DNA of 64,000 nt. Source: Epiperipatus broadwayi. Lineage: Eukaryota > Animalia > Onychophora. Below, one piece after another: positions 13,174 to 25,730 of the stretch; positions within the stretch are counted from its first letter, which is position 1, and each line of letters opens with the position of its first letter. A model generated the notes under the pieces. That model saw only the letters and a program-made list of their open reading frames with translations. It did not search any database and had not been told where the DNA came from. The stretch lies in the NCBI GenBank assembly GCA_028023455.1, contig JAQFVV010000006.1, positions 8,494,001-8,558,000 on the forward strand, in the 5' to 3' direction. The position numbers and the translations under genes were made by a program.

Positions 13174-13405
13174 TACCATATAGTACTAAATTGTCAATTC
13201 ACTTTACTAATATTACACAATGCTTTATTTATCACCCTTTTTTACAGTTTCGATTGCCCCAGCAGTCTTCTTCAGAACTTTATAGGAGATATAAAGTTCT
13301 GAAGAAGATTGCTGGGGCAATCGAAATTATAAACTGTAAAAAAGGTGGTAAATAAAGCATTGTGTAACAATAGTAAAGTGAATGGACAATTTAGTATTAT
13401 ATGGT
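13174..13405. mobile_element. Palindromic PLE-derived mini-element with hammerhead cores on both arms
   Basis: About 110-bp inverted arms; CTGAAGA-A-GATTGC/GCAATC-GAAA at 13299-13326. Confidence 0.75.
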
Positions 13406-14880
13406 ATACATTTGGCAATGCAATAAGAAAGAATAGTCATTTCTTGAAGGCATCAACATTTATTGTAAAACCAAAATATCAAAATATATGGTTACTGGAC
13501 TGGTATGAGATGTATACAACTAAACAAACAAATTGGCTTGGATTCAAAACATTAAAATGTTTGAGAATTCCAGGCTAATAGCTTGATAGTAAGGCAAAAA
13601 GTTAGCTACCAGATAAAAGATACATTGATTCCAAGTGTTCTAGTTAGATAAGTTCCAGATCCAAACTCCTCACAAAGGAAGACATAAATCAGTAGGGATA
13701 TATATAATAGCACTGTAAATGTATTAAATAAACACTTCTACCTAGCATCTATTGATTACTCAAGTTTACAACAGATGGCCACACTGGAGTAAGATGAAGA
13801 GATTTTTACTCTTGAGTGGTGATTATTACAGATTTATGGAAAATTATTTCAATAAAACATTTTGACTTAGTTGGTTCATACCCCACTGTGCAGACAATTT
13901 GAACCTTCTATATTATCTATATTATTTTCATTAATTTGATTTTCAATATTATTCATTATCTTGACCTTCTATATTATTTTTGTTATTCTCACTAATGTAT
14001 CCTTCTATTACTTTCATTATCTCACCCAAATGAATGAATGAGTTGAGTTAAGGTGTGTACAGGCTAATAGAAATTGTATTAAAAATTCATATAGCAAAGG
14101 TCATAATGTAACGGAGGATTTATTAATTCTTTATTTGAAAAAGGAAAAATGTGAAAATACGATACATCTGTTGATCAATAAAGAATCGATAATTCTAAAT
14201 TTACTGCTGTTGCTTTTAATCGCCGTTTTGAAGACCGATATGATTCTAACCCTGCTCAAGGTAATATTAACTTATTATGAATGTAATAGGTGATCTGACT
14301 GAGGGGATATCTTATCATTTATTGCCATTTTCTAATGAATGACATCATAAACTCAATTTTTTCTTTATGAAATGTTATCTCCACAGGACATGATTTAGTC
14401 ACAGCTTTTATTTTAAAACACTCCAATTTTATTTATATTAAACTTATTTGATTTTAACCAATCTCCTATAATACACAAATCATACTTAGCAGACATTTCT
14501 AGATGATTTCTAGATACCTCAGACACCACAAGTGCAAGATTAGCAGCACATGCATGTAAAATTGAATACAGAATTAATTTTAAAATATCATTTAAATATA
14601 TTAAAACAGTGAAGGGCCTAATACTTATCCCTGTGAAACTCCTCTATTAATGAGCAAAATATTATTAATAATATTACCAATTATTATCATGCACTTTTGA
14701 TTTTTAAGTAAGTAATAATTCAGTTTAGTAAACAGCTTTTAATTTCATAAGAAACTAATCTAATATAAAATATATCATGTCAAATGCAGTCAAATGCTTT
14801 GATAAAATCTAAATATATACCAATAGAATATTGAACCATCAAAACATCACATGGTCACCATTTCATATGCTTACACATGC

Positions 14881-15149
14881 TGTTAATAAAAGTGCCTCTC
14901 TATACAGTAGTGCCACCAAGTGCACCAAGAGGCTGCTGGAAGGTTGCATTGGATCCTAAGATCTAGGTGCAGTGCTCTCAAACCCAAAGCTCCTCAGTGA
15001 TGAAAGCCACAAGCTAGAAACTAATCCGAGGATATTGGCTGAATAGGCACTAGGTAGGAATTTTCTGCACAAACCTTCCTGCATAACATTGATTATAAAG
15101 GCTTGCACTTGGTGGCACTATTGTATGGTGATCTAGGTACTCATTAATA
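14881..15149 (+). mobile_element. PLE-like repeat with about 45-bp terminal inverted segments and a degenerate hammerhead
   Basis: Inverted ends ATACAGTAGTGCCACCAAGTGCA / TGCACTTGGTGGCACTATTGTAT; TCCTCA-GTGATGA-AAGC..GCTA-GAAACTAATC at 14991-15032; related to 15616-15977. Confidence 0.6.
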
Positions 15150-15615
15150 GTATATCGAGTGGTATCCAAAGTCTTAGCAATTAAACACACATTCTTTAAT
15201 CACACGCAATGTACTTCTGCTCAATAATTGTTTATCATGAAGTGTTATTAATAGATAAATAGTCTAACAACATGCATTTGAAAACCTTATCACTAACTTA
15301 CAAATATTCCTATCAAGTTATTCTGTCAAATGCATTTGCAAAAAGGGGAACAATTCGATGTGTACTCTCCCCATATTTTGAAAAATCATACTTTGCATAC
15401 CATATCGGGCATATGAAGATTAGATATAGTAAAAAAATTATTTCTAAATCAATTTTTATCTATTTAGAATATTACTAGAACCATACACTGATTGTGTGTC
15501 AGGACTTATTGCATTTTGTCAGCAATAGTACCAGTTACATGTCTACTTCACTATGCATAATGGAATGTACCAAATCACATAATCATCACATGACCACTAC
15601 TTTTTATGCTTGTGT

Positions 15616-15977
15616 ACAGGCAAAACTCACTACATGTATTGCCACACACAGCAAGCTAGAGTAATCAATGGATTCCAGACGGCTTGTAGTCATCCAATAT
15701 CCCCAGACTAGTTTCTGGCTTTAGGCCTTCGTCAGTGAGGAGCCTTGGATCTAAGAGCACTGCACCTAGGATGCAGTGCTCTTAGATCCAAGGCTCCTCA
15801 CTAATGCAGTGCTCTTAGATCCAAGGCTCCTTACTGACGAAGGCCACAAGCCAGAAACTAGTCTGGGAATATTGGATGAGTAGGCACTAGATGGGGATTT
15901 TATGCACAAGCCTTCTGGAATCCATTGATTACTCTAGCTTGCTGTGTGTGTCAATACGTATAGTGAGTTTTGCCTGT
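15616..15977. mobile_element. Palindromic PLE-derived element with minimal type I hammerheads on both arms
   Basis: About 150-bp inverted arms; minus strand 15700-15741 reads TCCTCA-CTGACGA-AGGC..GCCA-GAAAC-TA-GTC-TGGGGA; plus-strand copy at 15828-15869; internal 36-bp duplication. Confidence 0.8.
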
Positions 15978-18092
15978 TTTAAACCACCTAATCAAAGACA
16001 AATAATATATCTTAGCTGTTATTTATTCAACAAAGAAGCAAAGACGTTTAGAATTGGCTGCATCAATATTACTAGTTTTAAAAAGTGCTTGAAGAATTCA
16101 ATTTTAACAGAAACTCAAGATATATTATATTATTCATTTAAATTTTGAAGTTAATGATTCTATTATCATAGCATTTATCCATATAAATTCATGTAGCTAT
16201 TTTTCTATTTTGTTCTATCTACTCTTGCACTCAATTCTTATTGTTAGGAATACTATAACATTTTAAACTTTAATTAACGAATATTTCTATAATTAAATTA
16301 AATAAATAAATAAACAGCTACATTATTCTCACTAATTTGGCTTTTTATATTATCTATATTATTCTTGTTAACTTGGTAGGATATTACCTATATTATTCCT
16401 ATTAACTTGATCTTATCTATTGCCCATGTTATCATTACTGCGATAAGTCTATTATTTTATGGATACTATAGAAGGGTCACATTATTCAACAATCTGACTT
16501 GATTTTGTTCTTAGTGCTTAGATAAAAGAATAATATATTGATTCAGCTTTAAGCTTGAAACAGACAGCATTTATCTTGGGCATTTTCTAAATCTAAAACA
16601 AATTCCAGTGCAAAACTGACATTAGATATTTCTGTTAAAAATAATTTTTCAAATTTCAACCTAGATTTAACATGATTACTTTAATATGTCATAGGGGAAG
16701 CATTTTGTGTATTAATTTTTCTTTATTATGATTCTATAAGATTTTTTTTTTTAAAAAAAAAAAAAGGTTAAAACGATCTTTTTTTTTTTTTTGCTAAATA
16801 ATAGCCTCAAGGCAAAGATCAAAGATCTTCTCCTATAGAGAAACAGTATATAAAAAAGGCAGTATTCTTTTATTTTTTTATCCGTTAGCTAAAGATAGGT
16901 AAATATCCATTTACCAACCGATATAAGATAGTTAATTGGATGGGCTGTGGACACCAACTTGAGAAAAATCCTACGCCTCTTGAAAAAAAAAATTGAACAC
17001 TGGATTATAGCCATAGCAAAGAACTAGCTCTGCATTACAAGGTTCTAAAAAAAAAATGTTAAAACAAAATTTTTAATAAATAGCTCATTGCAGGGCAAAG
17101 CCCTCTCCATCAACCCACCATAGAGGAACAGTAAAAAAAATAAAATAAATGGCAGTATTCAACAGACTTGCCAAGCACCAGATCATGAAGGTTTGAGCAG
17201 GTTATCCATAATCTCTTCACCAGTAAACTAATAAAATCTAGTTTCCCATTTACTGATCGATGTTAGATGGTAAATTGGGTTGGCTATGTACCAACTAACA
17301 GAGAGAAAAATGTTAAGCCTATTAGGGCAAAAAAAAAAAAACGGAACCTCAGTTGATAGCCATAACAAATACTATATCTCAAATTTAGTCTAAAAACAGA
17401 AGTTTGGCAATTTCTCTACGTTTTATATATATATATATTTGCAGTAGATCGCCCCTCGTCCAGTTTAGAATAATAATCATCGACAACTTATATATTAATG
17501 CTTTTGTTTATACACTTCTTTAAAAAGTAATCTCTACCATCATTCTTCATTTGTTAATTGCTCAAGAAACCAACTTAGTTTCAATTTATTCCTATTAGTC
17601 AGAGTAAAAGAAGCAGAGATAATCTGTAATTAAATTAACACCATGGCTTCTTTTTATTTTTAGGATTTATTCCATATTTATCAGCACTAAATAATTTTAT
17701 CAAACTATTTTCATATTTTAATGATTTAAACCCCTACCCGCTAACAATTCAGTTATAATAATTAATACCCTAAGGTAATATTTTACTTTTTGATAAGACA
17801 TGCAAATCCTGGTGTCTGTTTGCCGACCCAATTATTATCCTTTTCACAGCGAGACACATTTCTACCATTCAGGACAAAAAGTTTACCATTAGATAGAAAT
17901 CATTTATTATAGGATGCGATTTTAAATTCTGTTTCCAAAAGTCTACAGCAATTGAAGTAGACTGATTTCAACAAAAGAAGTCTTCGAATCTTAAGATCAT
18001 TGTCCAATAAAGGTGAATCTATATCGAAAACGGGGTTGATTTTACCAAAACGTGTCAAAAATGCAATTAGCTAATTCAAGTACATATTTTTA

Positions 18093-18200
18093 GTCAAGCG
18101 TTGTTAGCCGAGAGGTCATCGCACCCGCCTTGCAAGCAAGTAGTTGGTTGCAGAAGGGTGTGGGTTCGGCCGATGCTATGACATATGAAGAAAAAAAAAA
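18093..18200 (+). mobile_element. Short tRNA-derived SINE with poly(A) tail
   Basis: A-box-like TAGCCGAGAGG and B-box-like GGTTCG; A tail; 15-bp TSD AAGTACATATTTTTA at 18078-18092 and 18201-18215; second copy at 32912. Confidence 0.8.
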
Positions 18201-18300
18201 AAGTACATATTTTTACAAATAATCAAGTAAATATTTATATACCTAGCATGAAAGTTACTTTTTACAATTTTGACAGTTAATACTGATAATTTTTTTTCCT

Positions 18301-18620
18301 GGCTGCAGAAAGGAATTTGTTGTTAAATGACAGGAGACCCTTTAATTCCTCTTGAAGGCCTTAAAGGAACCGATCAGGCAATTTCCTAATGTCCATTCCA
18401 TATGTTCTTGTCGTTGCAGTTATTATTACTGTGTGGTTATTCATATAGTATGCAAACATGGATAGGCTGCTCATCAACATGCATTATCCAACATGGGAGT
18501 TTAATGGCTTTTTACCTCCCAGTTTAAGAAACATCATGGTCTTTCTTCTTACTTATCTGATAGTTCTTAACTAAAATATCAGTTGTTTTATTGAAGGCAG
18601 AATAAATGTATGTGTGAATG
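18301..18620 (+). mobile_element. RTE 5' UTR fragment carrying a decayed HDV-like ribozyme (18301-18466)
   Basis: Aligns to 1152-1445 and starts at the same GGCTGCA; P3/L3/P4 recognisable; P1.1 G lost; CGAA changed to CAAA. Confidence 0.85.
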
Positions 18621-18778
18621 AATATATTTATTTGTTACATTTAAACAATGAATATATCCAACTCTGTGATGGTCACAGATATATCACAATGTGCCCTTCA
18701 ACATTTCTGAGCACAGACCCTTGGTTAGCTTTCTATCTTAATTATCATCATAATGCATCAGCTATAGAAACAAATTGT

Positions 18779-18847
18779 AATGATGATGATGATGGGATGA
18801 TGATGGTGGTGGTGGTGATGATGATGATGATGATGATAATAATAATA
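18779..18847 (+). repeat. (GAT/GGT/AAT)n microsatellite
   Basis: Visible trinucleotide run. Confidence 0.9.
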
Positions 18848-19229
18848 GTATTGTGATTTTAAATCCAGAAAAGAGGAAACCAAAGAAAAAACAATTACAG
18901 ATAAGTTTTGTGGTGACTATATAAACTATTAAGATATCAGATGACCATTGAAACAACACCTAACCTTACCTTCCACATTACTATCTCTAGCAAATTTTTA
19001 TATTCTCACTATTTTTATGGGATTTAATTCAAGCTTTAATAATCATTATCCAGAGCAGTCCTATCCAAATATCACCAGACTACTTTCGAACTTACGGCTT
19101 TCATCATTGAGGAACATTTGGGACTTTTTTTTAACTATGCGCTTGGATCTTTAAAATCTAATACACTTTTCTTCTAGCAACCATTTTAGTTTGTTTATTT
19201 ACTATCAAGGTATTAGCCCAAACTGAAAA

Positions 19230-19760
19230 AACATCATTTTTTTTCAATCCAAGCTTTTATGCCTGCAAAGAAATAAGTTTGAGAATATTTGGATGGGATT
19301 GAACTATATAAGCATTTACTAAGCATTACCATCTGGCATCTACTAATTAATAAAGCTTACATTAGATGGCATGAAGGTAGTGAGAATATAAACATTTGCT
19401 AATGATAGTAATGTATAAGCTAGAGTCATATGATGTCTTAATGGTTTTGTACTAATTTTATCCAAACAACAAAAGTGCTTAAGGTCATCATATATACAGA
19501 AACTGATCTGGTTTCATATCTACATAATTATGCAGGCAGCCATTTTTGGATGATAGCTTAAAAGTAAATAATAAAAAATAGTTGCGCAATTCAAAAAATT
19601 CAAGAAGGTCTTCGCTGAGGAAAGCTTTATGGCAGAAACCAGTCTGGAGAGATTTGAATAGGACTGCATAAAAATTTATTAAGCACTACCATCTGCACCT
19701 ACTGATTATTAAAGCTTACACTAGATGGCATAAAAGTAATGAAAATAGAAGAATCTGCTA
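19230..19760 (+). mobile_element. About 360-bp PLE-like hammerhead repeat, partial tandem; hammerhead at 19609-19650
   Basis: AAGCA(T/C)TACCATCTG at 19321 and 19681; TCTTCG-CTGAGGA-AAGC..GGCA-GAAAC-CA-GTC-TGGAGA; related fragment at about 47800-47900; shares TGATTATTAAAGCTTACACTAGATGGCA-like sequence with the 15-kb elements. Confidence 0.6.
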
Positions 19761-20582
19761 ACAAAGCCAATTAATCAGTTAAACACAAATATATACTCAT
19801 ATAATTCAATTTACCCTTACATTTCACAGATTAACGGCAACTAATAATCATTATACTTTATTTTGCAATTCACTGAAGGCAGTCTTCTTAAATGTTCCAT
19901 TATTTAATTAAAGACGACTCACATTGTTAATAAACTCATCCAAAAAATTGGGTTGCAAAATGGCAGCAAAATTTCTGCTTCCGGGAGTCTTTTTTAAACT
20001 GCAGCGTAAAAATGAAATAGCTTTCTTGTGCTACTCTTTACACAATTCACCATCGATGATTATCTACTATCTCAATCTCATATGACCCAACTTTAAAAAA
20101 AAAAAAACACATTGAATTTTATTATTTTATACAACGAATTCGTCGTATTCTAACTAATCTGCATAAAGATATCTGACCAATTTTTGTAGACTCCGCAATG
20201 CTGCAGTCATGTGATTAATCTTATGCAACAGATCTACAATTTAAAAAACTGCAATCGAATGCAAAGGAGTATTTAAACCAAACTACCCGTGTTGCCTAAG
20301 AATGAGCAACAATACTTGAAACTCGTGGAAAATATTTACATGAAATGACTCATACTTCTCTAACACTTTTATGATCATCCTTTGTGACTATATGTTTTGG
20401 ACTTAAGACTATACATTTAAATCAGTAATACAAGTAGAATAGTATTAATCTGCTTGCTCTAATTCTAACACTTCTATTATTCAAACTACATTTCAAAGGT
20501 GACCTTTAATTTTTTATAATCAATTTAGTTTGTGCAAACATAATTTTAAAAAAAAACACACAGAGATCAATAAATTCCTACA

Positions 20583-21290
20583 ATGTGGATGTTTTTTTGT
20601 TGTTTTTTTTACAAACAATGATTCAAAGCTGCAGAAAATACTGTAAGAATTATCAGATAAAGGTAAGAAAGTAGTACTAAAAATAAATGTTAACAAGACT
20701 AAAATAATGTTCAATGCATTTCTCAGAAGAAAACAAAGAATAAATAACAACGAATTAGAAAATACAATTTATCCACTACTTTGAACTCTTTTTAGCAGAA
20801 ACCTTTTATTGACCTATATTTATGCACAATCTTATGTTTCGATTTTCCTGCAGTCTTCTTCAGAGCCACTTTTATTGGGGGGAGGGGCTTTTAAAAAATT
20901 AAAATAAAAGTGGCTCTGAAGACTGCAGAACAGTCGAAACATAAGATTGTGCATGAATATAGTCAATAAAAGGTTTTTGCTAAAAAGTGTTCTAACTAGT
21001 GGATAAATTGTATTTATATAAGATATTACAGCAAAATAAAGGGAATTGTGAATTTGGTAATATTTCTGAAGAATGAGAAAATATTAACAACTACAAATAC
21101 AATGGTTAAATTATTAATACTGATGTAAGAATAATAGATGAAATATTAAAGTGGTGTCCTTTTGGAGAAATAAATTAGTCTCAAAAGGAAATATGTCTAT
21201 GTGCTTGAAAAAAGTAGTTTTTAATATATGTATTTTACCAGGTCTTATTTATGGATGAAACTTGGACACTTAGCAAAAGACCAACAGATT
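20583..21290 (+). mobile_element. Degraded RTE RT fragment interrupted by a palindromic element
   Basis: Similar to RTE 3670-4090 on both sides of the insertion. Confidence 0.75.
20760..21070. mobile_element. Palindromic PLE-derived mini-element with hammerhead cores and a 55-bp one-sided tail
   Basis: Arms 20760-20880 and 20905-21015; CTGAAGA(AGA)CTG..CAGTC-GAAAC; flanking GAAT(T/G)AGAAAATA at 20752-20764 and 21071-21083. Confidence 0.75.
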
Positions 21291-21439
21291 TGGCAAAAGA
21301 AAAATGGTTGAAACAAGAATGTAGAGAGAAGTTTAATGAGCAAAGAGATTTGATCTGTTATTTGATAAATTAAAAATGTCACTTACGGAAAAAAAGAAAA
21401 GGTTCAGTGAAACACTTATTCATAATGGAAAGAGATTGA

Positions 21440-21700
21440 ACTGTTGGGAAAGATACATTGATAAAATGGAAAGAATATAGACAAGAAAATGTCATAACTG
21501 ATTATGAACTTGAAAGTGAAGATATTGAAGTAGGTGAATAAAATATTAGCATACTGACAGAAGAAATAGTTAAATCAACTAAAGAAATAAAAAATGATAA
21601 AGCTGTTGGTTTGGATGCAATATCGATTAAAAAAATTTTTGAAAGAAAAATTATTATGAAGAAAATTGTTGGATTTGGAAAAGCATTTGAAAGAATAATT
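21440..21700 (+). mobile_element. Degraded LINE RT N-terminal fragment
   Basis: Residual peptide ILTEEIVKSTKEIKNDKAVGLDAI resembles the KAPGPDG motif. Confidence 0.45.
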
Positions 21701-22039
21701 TGGTAAAAAACTTAAGATCATTTTGGAAACATAAAGCAATATTTGGGAAAGATTGACGTGGAATATGTATATTGGGCAAACAATAAAAATCAGACTGAAG
21801 AATAATGACACTAAAGAACTGAGTACAGAAAGAGAAAATAGATAAGAATGTTGTGTCATCTGTCACTTTTTAATGGTTATCTAGACCAGCAGTCAGCAAT
21901 CTTTTAGATATTGTGGACCATTAACATAATTTTTAAAGGTATGAATTAATATAAGCATTGAGTATGATATACATATATTTATATATTAATATTTATATGT
22001 TTTATAATTTGTTAAAGAATTATGTTTTATTTTGTTTTT

Positions 22040-22420
22040 ATTTACAAGTTTAAAAAGATTAGTCATGTGATATATGACTTTAATTTTTATTGACTATTTA
22101 TAGTTCTTTGCTTTAAAGACTTAAGCAATGTTATATTGCTAAGACTATCTCAGCCCCATATAGCTGTTTGAGTTGAATAGCTGGGTTTGAAGACATGTAA
22201 GCCACTGAAAATTTCAGATTTTCCACTCAATAGATGTCTTTTACATAAATGCTTGCTTTGGATTGGTATTTTTAGATCTAGTGTCTGAAACTACATTAGC
22301 GCCTCACTGAAGAATGCCAAAGCATGAAACCATTGGTCTGAGATTAGGATGTGGTTTCTAGATAGAGGTTTTAAAATGCTTTTTATTGTTGGCGTTTATC
22401 AATAAAGCTTGTTAGAGAAA
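22040..22420 (+). mobile_element. About 420-bp hammerhead repeat family copy; complete minimal type I hammerhead at 22303-22342
   Basis: CTCA-CTGAAGA-ATGC(CAAA)GCAT-GAAA-CC(ATT)GG-TC-TGAG; predicted cleavage after C22338; homologous to the minus-strand copy at 36607-37096. Confidence 0.8.
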
Positions 22421-22859
22421 TGTTTTTTAGTGTTCATTTTATTTCATAAAAATAAATGAATGTATAAATACGTAATTTTCTTATCAAAATTTCTGTCATG
22501 TGTCAAGGCCTGATCGCTCTTCAGACCGCTGTTTAACATCTGATTGGCTGTCTGAGAAACAACAATAGGTGCATATGAAAGACTAGCAACCTTTCAATTT
22601 ATGCTTTATATGTGTAATTTTCTAATTCATATTTACAAAAATTATTTAAGATTAATAATGAATAGTATTCTATTCTTTAATAATTTTTATGGATGTGTTT
22701 TCCTTCAAAATTCTTAATAAAAGTTTTAAATTTTAGTTCATCCAATTACCAAGGGTGCGCCATAATCAAATTTGATGCCTAGTCAATTGTAAAGAATTTG
22801 GTATTCTTATTTTAAATATTTGAAACCAGGCACTCTTCACAAACCTGGGAGCTTAATTG

Positions 22860-23002
22860 TAAGTATAGAGGATTTGAACTTAGATTTTCAAGCACCCTTC
22901 AACTATCCACACTATCTCATACAACTGATACACATGACCACACACATGTAGAAAAGATTAATAATCACCAATATATGTATTTCGTGCTAAACCAGCACTC
23001 TT
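22860..23002 (-). mobile_element. Fragment of the 475-bp hammerhead (retrozyme-like) family
   Basis: Reverse complement reads GA-GTGCT GGTTT AGCAC-GAAATACATATA-TTGGTGATT; 5' core truncated. Confidence 0.8.
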
Positions 23003-23279
23003 ATTTTGTTACTTTGTCTATGCCACTGACAATGACTGTGTAGGGATTAATTAAATCCTTTTGAGATAGATTTTGCAAATCACAGTAGTATTTGGTAACA
23101 AATCAATTAGCAATATAATGTTCTTGTTCTACAATACATATAAATAATACAACTTAAACAAAATTTATTTTTTTATTTTAAAATTTTATTAAATAAGCTT
23201 AGCATATTTAAATAATATCTGAATTTCTTTATGGACCATAAAAATTACGTCATGGATCACCGGTTGCTGACAGCTGATC

Positions 23280-24000
23280 TAGACAACATGTTAGATAAAT
23301 ATTTAAACTGTGGAGGGGTTTATATTGGAGATAAAATAATAAAATATATAAGATTTGCAGATAATATGATTCTAATAACAGGATGAAAATAAGAAAGAAT
23401 GCAAAAAGAAAAAACAAGTTGGTATTCATGATAATATAGTTCAACAAATAAATAGGTTTAGATATTTATCTAGTTGGTTGAGTGGGAATGGTGTAAGTGA
23501 AGATAAAGGAAGCTTTTGCTAGAAGAAAAAATCTTTTGTGGATCTTTGAAGAGTGTATTATGACAAAATTAGCACTGTGTATGGAGTACATTATTGTATG
23601 CTTGTGAAACATGGACCATGAATAGAAGATTTAAGGCTAGATCGGAGATATTCATATGGAGAACTTAAAAAAATAGTTAAAGGAGTAAATTGATAAATGA
23701 GGAAATTTTGAAATAAGTAAATGAAATGAGAAGATTAAGGAAATTAGAGAAACAATTAGAAACTGGCTTGAAAATATATTAAAAAGAAAAAGTAGTTTAA
23801 TGAAGGATGTTTTGGATATAATTGTGGATGAAAACAAGAAAAAATGATGGAGAAAATTAACCTTGCTGGATAATATAAGAAATAAAAAGCGATATGTGGA
23901 ATTGAATATCTGAGCAATCAATGCAATAGAATGAAGAGATGGATGAATTAGCTGTGTGACTGCTTTGTAGATTTGTCCATAGGACAAAACACTATTGATG
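23280..24000 (+). mobile_element. Degraded LINE (RTE-like) 3' fragment
   Basis: Residual IRFADN (FADD-like) and downstream RT C-terminal remnants with many stops. Confidence 0.5.
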
Positions 24001-24789
24001 ACAATATTTTTTTTATGATAAAATTTTAAAGATTTGTCTCTATGGAAATCCGATTGTTGTTTATAATAGCCAGCCTACTGAATAAATTTGTAACGATGGA
24101 TGCTATCTGTGTACGCTCAAAATCTAATGCTCTTTACTAAGGATCAAGAGCTAGAAAGTAGTTTGGGGTTGTGAACTTAGCCCTACCAGCATGTTTATAA
24201 TTGGTGAGTCAGGAATAATCAGAGTACTAGAAGCATTACATTACTAAAATTATGAATAAGAATGATTAAAATATTTAGCGGTCAAATGATTACTGCTCTT
24301 AATGATACACATTAAACAAAAAACATCATCACAAAATAACAACATATTCACTTTGAATCTTAATTATTATACTAGTATATTTAGGTATACACAGATATAG
24401 GAAAACACTATCATAATATTTGAAGAGGTATTATGAGTAAGGTCATACAGATCATCACGTAAAAGAAAGCGATGCATAGAGGCCTCTAAGTTTGGAGGCA
24501 CTTTTGTTATATATATATATAAATTCAAAAAAAAGGATTAAAGCAATTGCTATAACCAATAAAAAGAGATCTTTTTTGAAATATGGCTTGGAGATCTAAT
24601 AATTCTAACTAAGCTGGAGCAGTACTTAACTCTATTTGCTCCTTTTTCACAGCCATCTATCGTTATCTTCAATAGTAAATGGACACTAAACTGTAGGACT
24701 ATATCACTGTATCCAAATTATTTTCAGGCTATTAGCTTTCTTCAGTAAGAAGAATTGGATCTTTTGCCTACATATGGGGCATCCAACTT

Positions 24790-24812
24790 TGTGTGTGTGT
24801 GTGTGTGTGTGT
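24790..24812 (+). repeat. (TG)n microsatellite
   Basis: Visible dinucleotide run. Confidence 0.9.
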
Positions 24813-25384
24813 ATTAGATTTAGGCTAAAAATTTCATATTCAAAAATATCTTTTAAAAATTTCTGAATCCACACTCCATAGAAGAATCAATTTCATATCA
24901 AGATTCTTTTGAATTCCCCTGAAGTGACATCAAGACAAAACAGCAAGTTTATTAATAAGTATATAATTTTTATTCACAGTGCATTCTAGTGAAAGGTGAC
25001 TGATTCTCTTTTCAAACTGCCTATAATGCATGTGTTAGCTCATCTATTCACTGTATAAATTTTAAGGCGCTAGCATGTCTGAACCATGAATTACAAATCA
25101 TAAAATGTAACAGGGTGCTTCATATCTTCGTAGGTCGCCTGCAACATTCTCCCTGCCATTATGAAATCTTGCAAGCCATTTGGAACCAAAATTTAATATT
25201 AGCACATTGATCAATCATGAGTTAAGTAAGAAATACATTATCATATATCATAACTCACGATTCCAGACATACTACTTTCTTAAAGTTGTTGCGGTGAATA
25301 GCAAAACTATGCTGCTATGTAACACATGATAATTCAGAGACTCAATGAAACACATTATGTATACTATCTACCTATAATTGTAGA

Positions 25385-25730
25385 TCTTTTTCAAATGAAG
25401 AAAGACTACACAAATTGGAAGAACTGTCTAAGATCAAAGAGGGACATTATCAGACTTTGGTAAATTAATGAAAAAAATAAAGACACAATGCAAAAAATGG
25501 ATATGCACTATAAAGACGCAAGTATTGGAAGCACAAGTAAAGTGAGTGAATTTCATTATAATATTTGATGTTATAGTCTGGCAAAGTTGTACAATTGGTT
25601 ATTCAACTTAGTAACTGAGATTCACACCTCAACAAGATCTCAAGGTAATAAAGTATACAGATAAAATTGTCAAGAGCGATTTTAATGCTAGAACTGAAAA
25701 ATGAAAGTCCAATATTAGAGTGGTGGGAAA
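25385..25730 (+). mobile_element. Degraded RTE endonuclease-region fragment
   Basis: Similar to RTE 1640-1820 and the GDFNAR region near 2035. Confidence 0.6.

Noticed and set aside
17786-19998. Possible minus-strand exon pair (19998-19923 with a GTGAGT donor; 18070-17900) and an in-frame TGA followed by 38 more codons
   Set aside because: No recognisable protein, weak acceptor, and competing plus-strand readings (ATG at about 19960; APE-like remnant). Cannot be supported without RNA or homology data.
20300-20345. Peptide NEQQYLKLVENIYMK resembling the thymidylate synthase N-terminus
   Set aside because: Bounded by stops, with no splice donor and no other TS exons.
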